The notes: generated by a model from the sequence alone, not told the origin. 63,731 nucleotides of DNA, filler included, from Streblomastix strix (GCA_008636045.1; 3 parts of 3 records of this genome joined end to end with filler, not necessarily neighbours in it), one strand, 5' to 3'. Shown: positions 41,001 to 55,400, counted from the first letter of the whole stretch. Translations and numbers: made by a program.

Positions 41001-42415
41001 ATCTGGATATTCATTGGTTCTCTCTCGCATCAGATTCGGAGATTGGATTACAACCAGTGATGAACCTCTTATTGATATCAAAGGACAACTGCAGAATGCT
41101 CTTATTGAGAACATAACCTTAGTCAGAGTTGGAAGATAATACGGAGGACCCAAATTACTTAATCTGAATATAAGAACTCTTGGAGAAGCTAAGATCAGTA
41201 ATGTTGTTGTAGATGGAAGAGGATGGGTTCATTAAAGAGAGATTAGAGAGATATAGAAGACGGATAAAGAATATGAAAGATTGGGCGTAGAAGCTGAGAA
41301 AGATAAATGTGGGAAAGAGATTGTGAAAGAAATAGTGAGTGATGGTGTATAATTGTAAACAAAAGATAGAATAATTGAATATCCAAGTTTAGTTGAATGG
41401 AAACACCCAGCTATAAAAGTGAAAGGAGGAAAACTCAGAATTGTTGATTCCACATTTGTTGGTCTTGGTGTTGATGGTGCTCTTGTTTTAGAAGATGTTG
41501 ATGCTGAACTTTCCAACACAACACGATTTGAAGAGAATGATGTTCTAAGCGCAGCAAAAGCTGGTGGTATCAATAAGAAGAAAGTGCCACCCGAGTACAA
41601 GAAAGTCGACGATGAGAAGAAGAACGACCAGTTTGATGAAGACGATCGTCAGATTCACGAGTTGAGGAGGTACCGCGGATATACTAAGAACCTATTCGCT
41701 AAAGGATAGACTACACTTAAGGCTTGGAATGTGAGTTTCATTGGTGAGAAGCTTTATAAGAAGAAGAAAGCTTATAAAGAAGGATACCCATTGTTAGTGC
41801 AACACGAGAGAACTGTTAAATTAGTTGGTGAGATTGGATAGGCTAATAATGCATATGGGGTACCTGATGTTACATATGTTAAGACTGAATATTCCAAAGT
41901 TGCAGATAAGAAAACTGCTGATGGAAAAGCGGAGAAGACAGTTCAGATTGAGATCAGAACGAAAGGAAATCTAATTCCTGGAGTTGAGTGGTTCATTGAA
42001 CTGAAGAACAAGAAAGATGAAGAAGGATCATAGCGTCTGTACCACTACAACTTATTAAACAGGGATATATGGTAGGATATATCACCTATATTAAAATTAC
42101 AAGGATGGTATGTAAGCACTGATGAAAATAAGCTCAAAAATGAAAAATCAAAAACAAACAGTTATCCAACCGATGAATTCGGTGGGCAAGTTCTTGTTCG
42201 CTGGCTTAGTGAAAGAGTCATTCAAGTTCGTATTGCTCACATTGAACCATATGTAGAGAAGAAATCCAATGCAGATAAAGTAAAAGATCCAGATTCAGAT
42301 CATATCTACAAAGATTGGTAACTGAGGTTGGGTGTTGAGAAAAGAGCTGATTAGGAAGGATCTGGAGCTGATCCTGAGGTTAAGTGGACGAATCTGAAGA
42401 AAACTGGATTGTCGG
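32015..42415 (+). CDS. Giant secreted/surface protein with parallel beta-helix-like repeats (>3,400 aa; exons 32015-39622 and 39745-42415; 3' end lost in the gap)
   Basis: Signal peptide MKMFFILVALAALCNA. All + strand ORF-track fragments with repeat-like content fall in one frame per exon. Recurring ~45-50-aa unit (vtIG....PtF...l.I..GtF), followed by FxxN/GGAI-type motifs. Phase-0 intron at 39623-39744; a new GT donor at 42416 after KKTGLS. Confidence 0.88.
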
Positions 42416-42457
42416 GTATGAAAATTTAATATATATAATTTTTATTTAAATTTAATC

Positions 42458-42557
42458 NNNNNNNNNNNNNNNNNNNNNNNNNNNNNNNNNNNNNNNNNNN
42501 NTTAATTAATTAANNNNNNNNNNNNNNNNNNNNNNNNNNNNNNNNNNNNNNNNNNNN
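42458..42557. other. Assembly gap with artificial TTAATTAATTAA linker
   Basis: 100-nt N block with the same linker as the first gap. Confidence 0.97.
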
Positions 42558-42611
42558 TTTACTTTAAATTTATTGAAATAATATTTTTGTTTTATTTATT
42601 TATTTATTCAG

Positions 42612-44784
42612 AATTTATAAATCAGCAAATTTACTCTTCTTTATTTGTATTAAGCTTAAATGACAAAAATCATAAAAAAAGTAAGAATATAAAAAGATTT
42701 TAATATTCGATCTGAAGATATAAAAAGAAAAGAAGATGAAAAAGGAATTGAAGAAAAGAAAGACCTTATAAAACATAGTAGTGAACATGAAATGTAAGTT
42801 TATTGTGATACTTATTGTAATACGATGCAGGTTTCTATTTATTGATATTATTAGAAAATTCTTTATTTAAATTATTAGAAATTATTTTATTTAAATTATT
42901 GTTATATATATTCTAATAATTTGCATAATAAATACTAATCGATCAATAAATAGGAAGGCAAATATAGATGTCTTCTTAATTTCTTTAATCGTGGAATAGA
43001 TATATTTTAAAGGAATAAGAAAATAGAAGAACCAATGAAAGAACTATTAAATGAAAAAGTGGAGAAATAATAATCTTCTTCATCATCATCTTCTTCATCA
43101 TCATCATCTTCTTCATCATCTTCTATATAATAACAACTTAATGGGTTTAATGGAAAAATAAGAATATCGCGAAGGGCTTTAACACAATCTCCAAACTGGA
43201 TTAATTCCAATAAAGTACTATTTCATATTTATTTTATAATTTTATGGGGAAAAGATAATTTTAATAAATATTTCTTTGATCTTAATTCCATTATTATTTC
43301 AATCATAATTTATTATTATTAATCAGCCACTATGCCATGTAACTTTGGATATTAATGGGTTAATAGAAGATGCGTATGAAATAAAATTAAAAGTTGAATA
43401 AATAGCAATAATAATTTTTACTTCAAATTCTGTTAAAATGCTCATTAATTTTGTGAATATTTATTATAGACCATCATATTGTTACAAAGTTGATTTTGCT
43501 AACAAATGGCCCGGAGGGGGCGCTTTATCATTTGTATAATAATTTTAAACTATTATATACAAATAATTTGCATATTTATTAATATGTATCTGTATTTATG
43601 AATAGGGTTGCGTTTAAGAAGAAATATTATTTATGATTATTCCAGAATTATGCTTAAGTATTTTATTCTGTGAAGTAATGGATCATAATGAAGCTATTTT
43701 AGTTGAAGGAGCTGAAAGATTCTCAAAATATAAAGGTATAATAAATTATAGTGAATAATTAAGTTTATTATTGGTTTTATTAACCGAAACAAACATTTTT
43801 AATGATATAGGATATTCAAGGACATTTTAATATGATGGAGATTACAGAGAAAATGAAGAAATATAGTATCTAATAATTATGATATAGAATATATTTAATT
43901 TTCATAATATTGTTCTTTCACTTTGTTATTATTATATCAAATTTCTCAATTATTGTTATACTGAAAATTAGAGAGAATGGGATATTAACTTCAAGATATA
44001 TTGTGATGGATGCTTTATATTTCTCTTATTATTAACTTTAATAATTCTCTGAAGGAGATGTATGTCAATAAGAATTAGAGTAAATATAAATAAAATATTA
44101 AATGGGTAAGGATTTATATTTGTAATTATTTATAAATGTTTATTTTTTATTTTATTAGGACTTGCACAATCAATGGAGTGTATAATCAATTGTTCGTGAA
44201 TTAAACAAAGCATTTGTTGGTTTCTCTTTTGTTTAAGTTGAGAATGAAGATAAGAGTAAATAGATTAAAGAGAAAGAAAATAAAGTAAGAGATGATTCTG
44301 ATTAAGTTAGAAATGGAGTATTAGCTACTGGTCATTGGGGTTGTGGTGCTTTTAATGGTGACAAATTTCTTAAGTTCGTTATTCAATGGATTGCAGCAAG
44401 TGAAGCAGGAGTTACTGAGATGAGATATTCTTGCATGAATGATAAAGGTTTTTTTTAATATATCAACTATTATTTTTACTGTTGGATAATTTTTTTTTCA
44501 TTAAATCATCAGAGTTCATTTCCTAAGTTAGTTCTATTCTCTAAATCATTTAACCTGAATATAGTACTATAAACAATGACGAAGATTAGGATGAGAAGAG
44601 AAAGGAAAGTATTGCAGGTGAAAAGAAGAAGGATACCAATAAAGATAAATAGAAAGGATAATAAAAACACGAATCAGGATCTTAGACTGCTTTTTTGTAC
44701 AAGATTATCTGTGATTATTGTGGTGTGAGGAATTCAAGCAGATTAGAGTTGAGGGAATATATGAGTCAAATTCTGCATATTTGA
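42612..44784 (+). CDS. PARG: Poly(ADP-ribose) glycohydrolase, multi-exon, 5'-truncated by the gap
   Basis: LQVDFANKWPGGGALSF^GCVQEEILFMIIPEL (the Q is TAA at 43615), EAILVEGAERFSKYKGYSRTF, IVMDAL, RELNKAFVGF, ATGHWGCGAFNGD...KFVIQWIAAS; TGA at 44782-84. Confidence 0.95.
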
Positions 44785-45023
44785 TTGATTAATAAGTATT
44801 GAATATTAGTATTAGTACAATACAGTATCATTATATATTGGTACAATACATAATAATAATCTGATACGCTCAGTTCTAAGCATTTATTGAAATTATCTTA
44901 TTTTTTCTATTTTTGCCGCATTGTACTGATTACTAAGCATTAATATAATATTTAAATTATATTATTATATATCTTATACTAAAATTATTTTTAATATTTG
45001 TATTTTACAGATTTGATTTGTTA

Positions 45024-46023
45024 ATGATTGTAATAATTCTTGTTGTAAGCGTATTTTGTTATGAAATAGAAGATTCACTTCATTATTATTCTTCTCCTCT
45101 AATTAGTAATGATGTTCCTCAAAGCTTGGATGCTCGTGAACGTTGGGGTGATGCAATATTACCAGTAAGAAATGACATGGTTTGTCTGAATCTTGAATAT
45201 AAAATTTATTTATTTATTTTTAATGATAGGGGTGTAAAATAGGATGGGCATTCGCAATTGCTGAGAGTATAGGCGATAGATTGGGCATCATCAATTGTTC
45301 ATAAGGTAATATTTCAGTCGGATAATTGTATTAATGTGGAAGGACATCATACGGTTTTTAATGTTTTTTAAGTTAATGTTACAATTGAAATTTTATTAAT
45401 TTATTGGGTTTAGGTTGCAATTAAGAAGATGTAATTGAGATTTGGAAGAGATTATTGGTTGATGGAATAACAACTGAAGAATGCATTCCTTATATTAGTC
45501 CTGATTTAAGTCCTTGCCCATAGAAATGTGTTGATGGCTAAGATATAACAAAAATAACTTTAAAAGGAGCCTATAAAGTGAAACCAAGAGAAATTAGCAT
45601 ATAGGAGATCATAAACATATTCGGTCCTACAGTAATGCAATTTGAACTTTATGAAGACTTCATGAATTATAAAAGCGGTATTTATAGACATAAATATGGC
45701 TAATTTTTAGGAATTCATACTGTTCTTGCTATTGGTTGGGGTTTGAATTAATATACAATAAATAATTTTATCTTTATATTATATTCATTTTATAATGACA
45801 TTCAGGAAACATAGAAGGACTCCCCTATTGGCTATGTTAGAATAGTTGGGGACCTGAATGGGGAGAATAAGTATAATTTCATATATTATTTATGCATTAG
45901 ATATAATACTCTTATTTAATATTCTTATCTATTGATATATTATAGGGATTCTTTAAGATACTCCGATCAGTCAATGAATGCAAATGCGAGGATAATGTAT
46001 CATTCAGTCTTCCAAATTGTTGA
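45024..46023 (+). CDS. Cathepsin B-like papain-family (C1A) protein, probably catalytically inactive; 4 introns
   Basis: Signal peptide; VPQSLDARERW, PVRNDM^GCKIGWAF, GITTEECIPY, FGP...YEDFMNYKSGIY, GIHTVLAIGWG, YWLCQNSWGPEWGE^GFFKI...NEC; TGA at 46021-23. Confidence 0.9.
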
Positions 46024-46473
46024 ATAATAAAATGAATTATGAATAATTATATCTTTATTTTAATATTTGTGTATTTATTTCTGTCATTTGATAGTGATAT
46101 TTCAACAACAGAGAAAGAAGAGTTAAGATAAAAGTAATTAAATAAGAAAAAAACCTCTGATAAAAAGTGTGTTGCGAAAAATACAATACATAAGTTAATA
46201 AAATTTATATATTAAAAAAATTACGGAATAATTTGCTATGGCGGTTATGAAAGAAATAGAAAATGAATTGATAAAGGAAAAGAAATATTTTGAATTTAAT
46301 TGATTAAATAAAAAATTCTATGAATTAATATAAGAATATTTGTGTTAAATATTTAATATCACTCTCCATACATTCAACAGATGAAGCAGATCTTTTAATT
46401 CATTAAATTAAAAATACTCTGCTTACTTAATTCAATTTCAAAACTCACTTATCTAATTCATATTTCACATTTC

Positions 46474-49400
46474 TCATTTAGTTGGTATATCCTTTTCTTC
46501 CAACCTTATTAATAGATCAGATACTTCTATATCCTCTTCAGAGAAGTGTGAATCAAATAACTGTTACAATGCATATTTAGCTGTTGTTTATACAGCACAG
46601 ATATGTGAGTTATCAGATGCACCAAGAACATAGATTTGAAATTTGTGCCATAATCTGCTAGAAAATGATGGTTTCTTCTTAATTGCATCTTTACCTTTGC
46701 CTTCATTTTCCTATTCATCAACTTCTTCTTATTCATTTCCTTTCTTATTCTTTTCTGCTGTGTGTATAGAATCATATAACAGAGTCAATCTCTATCTGAT
46801 AATTATATGTGATTGTTGGTGTTCATTAAGCTTCACTACACCAAAGACATCTGGATCTTCTTATGGATTCTTACCCATCTCATCAATCTTCCTTTTCACT
46901 TCAAATTCAGTCACACCAACACGATGACACATCTCATGCTCTTCCCAAGCAAACTATTTCTTAACTGATGTAATCAAATGTCTCATTGCAACCAATACTC
47001 CATTGAATGACTTTGATCCTTCTGATTCAAACTCAGTCATTGCATCAATCACAGCTCTAGCAGCTTCTAATATTAATTCTCTTCCTTTATCATATGGTTC
47101 AAAGTTTGTTCTCATTACTGGAAGTAGTGTTAATGGTTCTCTATTCCCATCACCTTCCTATTCTTATCCTTCAATTACTATTTATGTTTCTTCTTCTTCA
47201 GGAAGTAATCTAAGCAGACAATGTGAATGAATACTCGCTTTATGCATTCTACCTTGCCAACTACACGCATTTATCAGAAAAGTGACAAATACAACAAATG
47301 AACAAACTATTTCTGTTATCATGAATGTAGTTGATGAATATTAAACAGATGATTGTGTATTTTTTAACATATTTGCAATTAATATTTCTATTCCTCTTCT
47401 GATATCTTCTCGCATTGCACTGGCAAGAAAGCGAACATATGAAGAGCTTTCATTCAATGATTTAATGTCATTTTCAGATTTATGATTCATCTGTTCAATA
47501 TAAAGTTCAACACGCGAAGTTAAGGTTGTTAATCCCCAGAATGGAGGTGCAACATGATAGATTCGTTTAGAATTAACTGCTTCACATTATGGGTCATCTA
47601 CAGAAAAGCAAGTAACATTCTTAAGTAAGATCTCAGTTGCAGAATCAACACTTAATCTCTATGCTTCTAAGTTAGAAGCCATTGAATCACCAATTTCAAA
47701 TTCATCATTTGATGACATTCCAAAGTTTGTTGCAGAAAGAAGTGCAGTGAAGTATTTACTTGATTTGTGTAAGAGATTCAGAATGTGTGTTCTATTTGAT
47801 GAGAGATGAGAGCTATCACTAAAATAATATAAGAATTTAAAGGTTAAAAAAAAATTGAATAGAGAATATTTAAATATATGCATACTTCCAAACAGGATTT
47901 GTTATATCAGAAAATTCAACAACCTGATTATCAGGCAACTCAAGTTAAGTAAAATCCATCACAAGCCTATGATTTAAGTATGTCATCTGACCCAAAGCAG
48001 ATGGAACCAGACCAGAAAGAAACATTGATGTTGAAGTATAATAGATTGAATATACACTGACAGCTACAACAACTATTCCTATAATTGATGAAACTAAGAT
48101 TAAGAGGAGTGATATGAAGACAGGAAGAACAAGACCAACTGTTAATGGAGATGGTAAATTGTTGAATGTTCTTCTGAGATCAGTGATTTAAGTGTCTATT
48201 TTACTCTCCCATCGAACATCAGGTAATTCATTCCTTACAAATCCTGGATCTTATTCATTAGCTTCTTCATCAGTAACCAAAGCCATGTGTGTCAGATCTT
48301 CTCCATCAACTGCCAACCAATTGGGTCCATAAGATCCATCAACTCTTACATGCTATGGATGCCTCTTCAATCCAGATTACTCAAATTATTCAGTGATTTA
48401 ATCTTCAAGTTATTATATTAGTTCTTCTTGTTCATTCTATTTATCTGTTAACACATCTTAATCCTTTAAAGATATCTTATCCAATTAAAGTAATGCTTTC
48501 TATTATATTCCAACATATTTATCATAATCGTCATTCAGAGCTTTTAGTTTCTTTTATTTCTCTTCAGCATCTTTAATATCACTAAATTTAATATTTTATT
48601 CATCTTATTCTTTCTTTTATTTCTTCTTTTCCAACATTTGTTTCTATTTATCTTCCAAAGCCAATCTTTTCTCTTCTTAAACCTTCTTTAATGCCTCCAT
48701 ATCTCTATTAATTTACTTAATTGTCTCATCTGCATGCACAGCTTCACATGCCAAAGTAATAACTTCCCTTCTCCATTTCCCAGTCAGAAGTTAACTTACT
48801 CCTTTTCCTTTCTTTAGTTCTTCTGATCGATGTGATATTTGTGTATATGTTTCTTCTTTCATTGTAAAAGTGTATCTATTTTTCTTATCAACAATACTTC
48901 CTTGTGAAATTTAACGATCAAGTTAATATGATGTTCCAGATTTTTAAAGCCTTTTATAAGCCAATATTGAATCTTCTTCATCTGGTTATTGCTCTTTTCT
49001 CTTTTCATCAACTTTATTAAGATATTATTCAAAATTAGAATTTTATTATTATTATTCAGGTTCATCAGTTTCAGCTCGGCTAATCTCTATATTTTCCATA
49101 TTCCCTAATATATTATCAACATATTAGTATTATTTCCCTCCTTAATTCAATAATTATTAATCTTAATCAAATATATCCTATTCTTATTCTTATTTCACTT
49201 CAATTTCATTATTAGCGATCTGAATATTTGTCATATTCTGTCCAACCTCTTCTTCTTCCTCTTCCACTCTCTCATCATGAAGTAATCTCCTTATAACTGA
49301 CTATTTAAGATTACGAGGAAGATTAATTAAGGCTCTAAATGCATTCTCTCTTTCTTATTCTACAGATCTCATACCAACAATAACTGCAATAAGAAGAATC

Positions 49401-52213
49401 ACCATCGCAAATGCAGCTACAATTGTGATTATCAGAATAACTATGATCAGTTGTTCCATGGATATATTCTGTGTCTCTTCATAGAAGACAAGCATGGATC
49501 TTTTAACTCCTTAAAGTGCAGGTACACAGGAATTGAGAATGATGAATGTTTCATCTGATAATAATGAAGAATGTTTAATAAGCTCTTTTCCATCTCCTTT
49601 ATCTCCAAATGCTCCAATAAGAGATTCTTTTTGAGATACCATCGTTAAGAGTCTCAATAAATTTACTTATTACTATTGAATTTCAATTACCTTAGGTTTT
49701 TATCCATTTGCTGTTAAAGCTCCCAATTAGTTCTAATTAGTTATTGGTTCATATACTGTTATATCTTAAATTTCCCATGATCCAATATGCGAAGTTAACT
49801 CATACAGTTAGGATATAATGTCATTAATCTTACTTCCAACAAGCGCATGAGAATTTAGCAAGGATGACAGTGTAACAATTGTTATTGCATTACCATCATT
49901 CTAAATTCTGCTTGCATTATATTCATACTTATAATAGTGCCACAGTAATTGCAAACTATAACTACCTGCTCTTCCCATTACTCCGGCCATACTACAAACT
50001 TTCTCCATATTTGCAAGTTATGTTTTGTATAATCCTGCAAGATAACTATATATCACTATACAGACAATGAAAGATAGTATAATCATAATATGAGGAATAG
50101 ATACAGCAAGAAGAAGAATAACTCCAGTTATATGAGATGCATCACCATCGTCTCCACCTGATGATCCTCTTCCAATTCCTTATAATTCTTTCAATGCTGG
50201 ATCATGTGGTTATAAACCAAATATCTTCTTTCCTTTCTTTTTTCTCTTATGACTCGAACGACCTGAAGTTTTGGATTTTCGAGACTTCCCTGAAAGTTAT
50301 GAGTTCTTATCATCGAATTAAGGAGATTGTTTATTATCAGTAGCTATGGCATCAATAGCTCCCCACGCATCATCGAATCCTCCACCTTATCCTCCAGATG
50401 CTTGTTGTGTAATTGTAGCAAACTAATGATGGTCCCCCAATTCTTCCACCATCTCAGCTCTTTGCAACAGTTCATCTGCTGTTTCTGTCTCATTATACAC
50501 ATCTCTGAGTAATTTGGCATATCTTCTGATTACTTGGACGTTGTTGTGGTGCTGACTCATCAATTCTTCGAATATCTTTCGACTTGCTGCATCTTAGTCA
50601 ACAATCTGTCCAAGAAGAGTTGGAAGCTGAGAGAAGTTTGGTTTTCTCTTTAAGACTTCCTCGAAAAACTTCTTCAATGCAACTTTTGCATTCTCATAAT
50701 GTTCCTCAGCAAGACCCATCTAATTCTGGAATGTAATTGATTACTCTGCATTGTCTTATGATCCACCTGACTAACTTCCGCTCACTTCTGTTGTCCTTTG
50801 GCAGAAAAGAATAAATCGAAGAGGTAATGAGGTGTTCAACATTGGATCAGTAAGTCTCTTTAGCACAGCTGTTGCTTTAATTTTGTTCTTAAGGAACTGG
50901 CTTTGAAATAGTGAGTATTCTAACAGAGGTTGTGCTTCATTCTTATGTTTTTGTAGTTACTATACATATAGGGAATCAACAATATCCAGATTGTGTTTTG
51001 TTCTCATTTCTTTATATTAAAGAAATCGTGTTGATGGATTAATATCACTAATAGTCTTAATCTTCGGAATATATTGCATCTTTTTTGTATCAAACTTTCT
51101 ATTTATGAGAAATAGGCTTACTGCTCTATCTTTTATAAAGTAAATTGCAATTGCACACAGCACTACTCCAATTGCAACTCCAGCAGCTAAGAAAAAGTAT
51201 TGAGGGATTTCTGAGTGAGATGCCCTTGTAACAGAATATCCAACCTCTAAGCACAGACGAATACTTCCAAACATTGTCCATAAAATACATGTCAAGACAT
51301 TTGAGATGTATTTGAAGTATGGTTGATACCAATATATGATGATTACTATAGTAAGTGAAGTGCCAACTGTTACAATTCCACGCCAGAAAGGCCATTCAAC
51401 CAACATTCGCATTGCAAAGCATATACCAAATGTCAGAACTGTTTCCAAAACATTGAATGTTGAATTCTTGCAGGTGAATATTGAATAGCTTTTTGGATTG
51501 TAGTTGAATATGAATATTCTAATTACTACTGAATATGATAGATAGCAGAGAAGGAAGACGATACCAATAATAAATCCTATTATATGTAATACATTACCAC
51601 TCAAGCATTGTATTGTTACATCAGCTCTCCAGATATTCTTACCTTCTTCATCTTTGAAACAATCAAATGTTGTAATCGCATTTGTGATTAATGGAATGTA
51701 AAGAGCTGAGAGAAGAGTTTCTACACATCCACGTAAAACAGACAATATCCAAGGTTACATCTATATGATGGGTTGATAGAGCATAGTGCATATGACTTGA
51801 GCTGCAATAACTATTATAAGCAGTACTAATGCTAATATTGAAATGATTGGTGCTAGCTTCCCCATTGCCAGACCTATTGATGTTCCACTGGCAAAATTCA
51901 CAACCTGGAATATTTATATTAATAAAAAATAATAAGTAAAATTAAATAAATATTATACCATTGAGAAGCCTGGCTGCTTATTCGTTCCTGGATCTGTGCG
52001 GAAAAGTGCAAATGCTATCATCTCAACAAACTTGAAAACCCACAATATCATTGTAAGAACAGGCAGTTCGCGCCGGGGCTAATCATATAGTGGAAGAAGA
52101 AGGGTGAATAATAACGATTCAACTTTGTCACTTTTAGACGCTTTGGCGAAAGATTCAACGCGCGTGGATTGGGTTGATGGGGCCGTGCTTCTTTTTTCAT
52201 CCTATTATGCCAT
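46474..52213 (-). CDS. Large multi-pass membrane protein (TmcB/TmcC-like architecture) with a C-terminal hemerythrin-like domain; introns at 51905-51958 and 47819-47885
   Basis: ATG at 52213; N-terminal multi-TM block (LYIPLI...FDC...IQC...YQPYF), then a helical region, further TM pairs and HCLLRLLP, followed by a hemerythrin-like tail; TGA at 46474-76. The family name comes from motif recall only. Confidence 0.75.
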
Positions 52214-52484
52214 TTAATGCTAAATACTTTTAAAAAATAAAAATAAAAATCAATTTACATTTGAAAATAATGAAAAAAAGTGAATTTTTTTAAATTGTTT
52301 AAAAAATCCATGTAAAATAAGTTTGTATAATAATCATGCTTATTTAATTATTTAAATATATTATTTTATTAATAATTACATTTTTTTAAAAGTTAAACTA
52401 TGACTATTGTTAAATAAAATAAATAAATTATGAAATATTGATAAAAATTGATATAGATATAAAAATAATATAAATTTACAAAGA

Positions 52485-55400
52485 TCAATTTTGCCTCCTA
52501 CATTAAAAGAGCAGTAATTTATCAAATTCTTATCGAAGTTGGTCCCTATTTTCCCACAGCTCGTATTGATAGATTGCCATCATCGAAGGAACATCGAAGT
52601 CAAAGAATAAGTAACAACCGCTCCTCTCAAAATCAGCGAAATCTTCATGAAGAACAACAACAGATAGATCAGATGTATCCTTAGTAGATGAAGTGTATAT
52701 ATGTGTCCGCAAAATTTCATCCTCTTCTTTTCCTTGCTTATTTTCATTTTCATGCATTGACTCATTTATGCTTTATATATTATATCCATACTTACTTATT
52801 CGTCTAGTTTCAGACCCTGTTTACTATATTACCTCAGACTATTTTAGTTTAGAATCCAATCCTCTTATTTCTTCATCTTTTTTTAGACTCTTTTTATTCT
52901 CATTAAAATCCGAATTTTGTATCACATCTACTTTTTTTGATCTTTCAAACTTCGACAATTCTTCAATGTGTCGAACTTTAATTGATTCTCTCATTCTTAT
53001 CATATTAACTTCTTATCTATATTTCCAATATCGCATTGTGTGGAATATATCATATGGTGGATAGAAAGGTGATAATGGAATATGCTCTGATGTATCAATA
53101 ACAGATTTCTATTGCGACTCTCTTAAAGTATCACCTCTTCGAATCTGATCAAGAATTCTCCTTTTCTTCAAATGATCAGGATAAATACATGAGATTCTTA
53201 TAATTGGAAACTGTGTGGCATCTTTTGTCAGGAATCCAAATGGAGAAGATTCTATTATTTTTTTATTCACAAAATCCCATGCAAATCCATGCATTGATAT
53301 TCCCCTAACAAGTAATGTGTCTCCAGACAAGTCTGACTCAAGCAAATTATTTTCTTATAACTTTTTATGTGGATCCACAGCCAGAAACTCCAACCCAAGA
53401 ACAATCTCATCCAAACCTCCCTGAGTGGCAACACTACTTCTCAATCTTTCTTCCTATTTCATCTACTTGTCTTCTTCTGTCATATCTGCATGGATATGAA
53501 TATTAGGATCATTTTTAGATGCAATCTTCGTTTGTCTGTGTTTGATAGTTCTAAATCCCATTGGTTAATTCTATGCTGTTGTATTCCTTTATTCTCCGTC
53601 TCCTAATTTAATCATCTTTTCAATCTCCTTATTTAATTCAGATTATAATTAGTTTCCTTTTGGGTTATTTATTTTCAATTAATTATTACCCATTTGTTAA
53701 TTGATGAATATGTTGTTCCTTAGAGATCTTTTCTGTTGCATAAGTACAGTCATTCTTCCATCTCTTTTACTCAACTCTCTTCTATGGGCCATTAATTTGA
53801 ATGCATTCATGAATCCACTTGGTGATACAAATAGTGACAATGGGATGGGATCTTTATGGACTAAATCAGATTGTAGACCCCAATGATTCAAATATGCATT
53901 TCTCATCTGAAGCCAAACAATGAGATCCATTTCTTTATTTCCCAGATGATAAGGAATTGGGACCATTTTCAGTACTTATGATTCCAGAAGTCCTCTTTAA
54001 TCACCTACAAATGGAGAAGGGAATGGAACATGAGTTATACAAACTGACTAATCAAGTGGAAAGAGACTCTGTATTACTGAATCAACTGTTACACGCAGAG
54101 AAGTTACTATTGAAGATTAATATTTGACCTCTTCAACAATGTATCCATCAAGAAGCTGCTTCGTTGATACTGCAAGATGGTTTCGGATTTTATCTTACAA
54201 TTGTTATGGAATCATAAGTGGAATCTCCTGTAATATCAAAGCCATCTTCAAGAAGAACTTATCCTATAGTCTGTCAGTTATATGAGATTTAACAGCTTCC
54301 ACTTCCTATTTCTGCTATAATCTCAGTCTCTATAGATGTGCCCTGACATACTATCTTTCCTAATCTCCATTATCAATATGACTCCCACCTTCCTCTTTAC
54401 TGGAGTACTTAGATGCTTATTCAGCAACAAGAGCCATTGATTCACATTAATAAACAGATCTTCCTTATCCATCTCCAACCTTTGATCCCATCCATAGTCC
54501 AGATCCTTGTGATAATTTGGCTGGACGCATCGCTATGTTCATCTCCGAAAGGGACCTTACTCCAAATTCTAATTCAGTTATGGGGAGTATTGTTCCAATA
54601 AGTCCAATTATCTCTGGTTGCGACATTGCATGAAAATGTGACTGAATAAAACGAATCGCTTTATTACGAGGGAATTTTGATCCACGCATAAATTCGGGTA
54701 AAATAAATTTTTGACTTTAATTAAATTCCTCTTCCAATTAGTTAAAACTCTTCTGTTCTTATTTTTCATTGCTATTATATGAGTTGGCAAATTATGATTT
54801 TCTTTTTTTTTAGAAATGAAAGAAGTTAAATCCCTACATAAATGCTTCTGGTACAAAGAATGTTTAAAAAGTCCTCAATATCATTGATATTTCTCGATTG
54901 TTAAAGTGAACAATTCGACTAAGATTTTAAATACATGCTGTTCGTACATCTTTCAGCCAACATGGATTCAATTCACTGAAATAATCTGTCTTATCAACCT
55001 CATTTTCTTTCCAGAAACTTTAATCTTTTTATCTTTATCTACCACTCTTTTCTCCTTCTTTATAACTCCTTCTCATATCTGATGTAAGTAAATAATCATC
55101 CATCATACTACTGTTTTCATCTAAATCAATAAAACTTGTATCCTTATTTCTTTGTATTTGTCTGTTCTATTCTTACTCAAGGTTCTTAAAAAGTTCTTTT
55201 TATATCCGAGCATGACGTGTGATGATATCCATCATATTTTGCAGAAGTGAAATGAATGTTGCTTGGCAGTAGAATTATGGTGGTATGATTGTGTTCAGAT
55301 CATTTTATTCCAGATAAAATAGTCTATTTCCAGGTCCAGAAAATGCCCCACTAAAGAGCATTAATTTAATCGCTCTTAGCCTCAATATTGAGAATATAAA

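Noticed and set aside
32015..42415. Bacterial contamination (autotransporter-like gene)
   Set aside because: It uses TAR=Gln and has a spliceosomal intron, so it is a host gene.
42558..46023. PARG plus protease as an antiviral system linked to the viral element
   Set aside because: Both are intron-containing host genes separated from the element by two gaps and more than 20 kb; there is no evidence of functional linkage.
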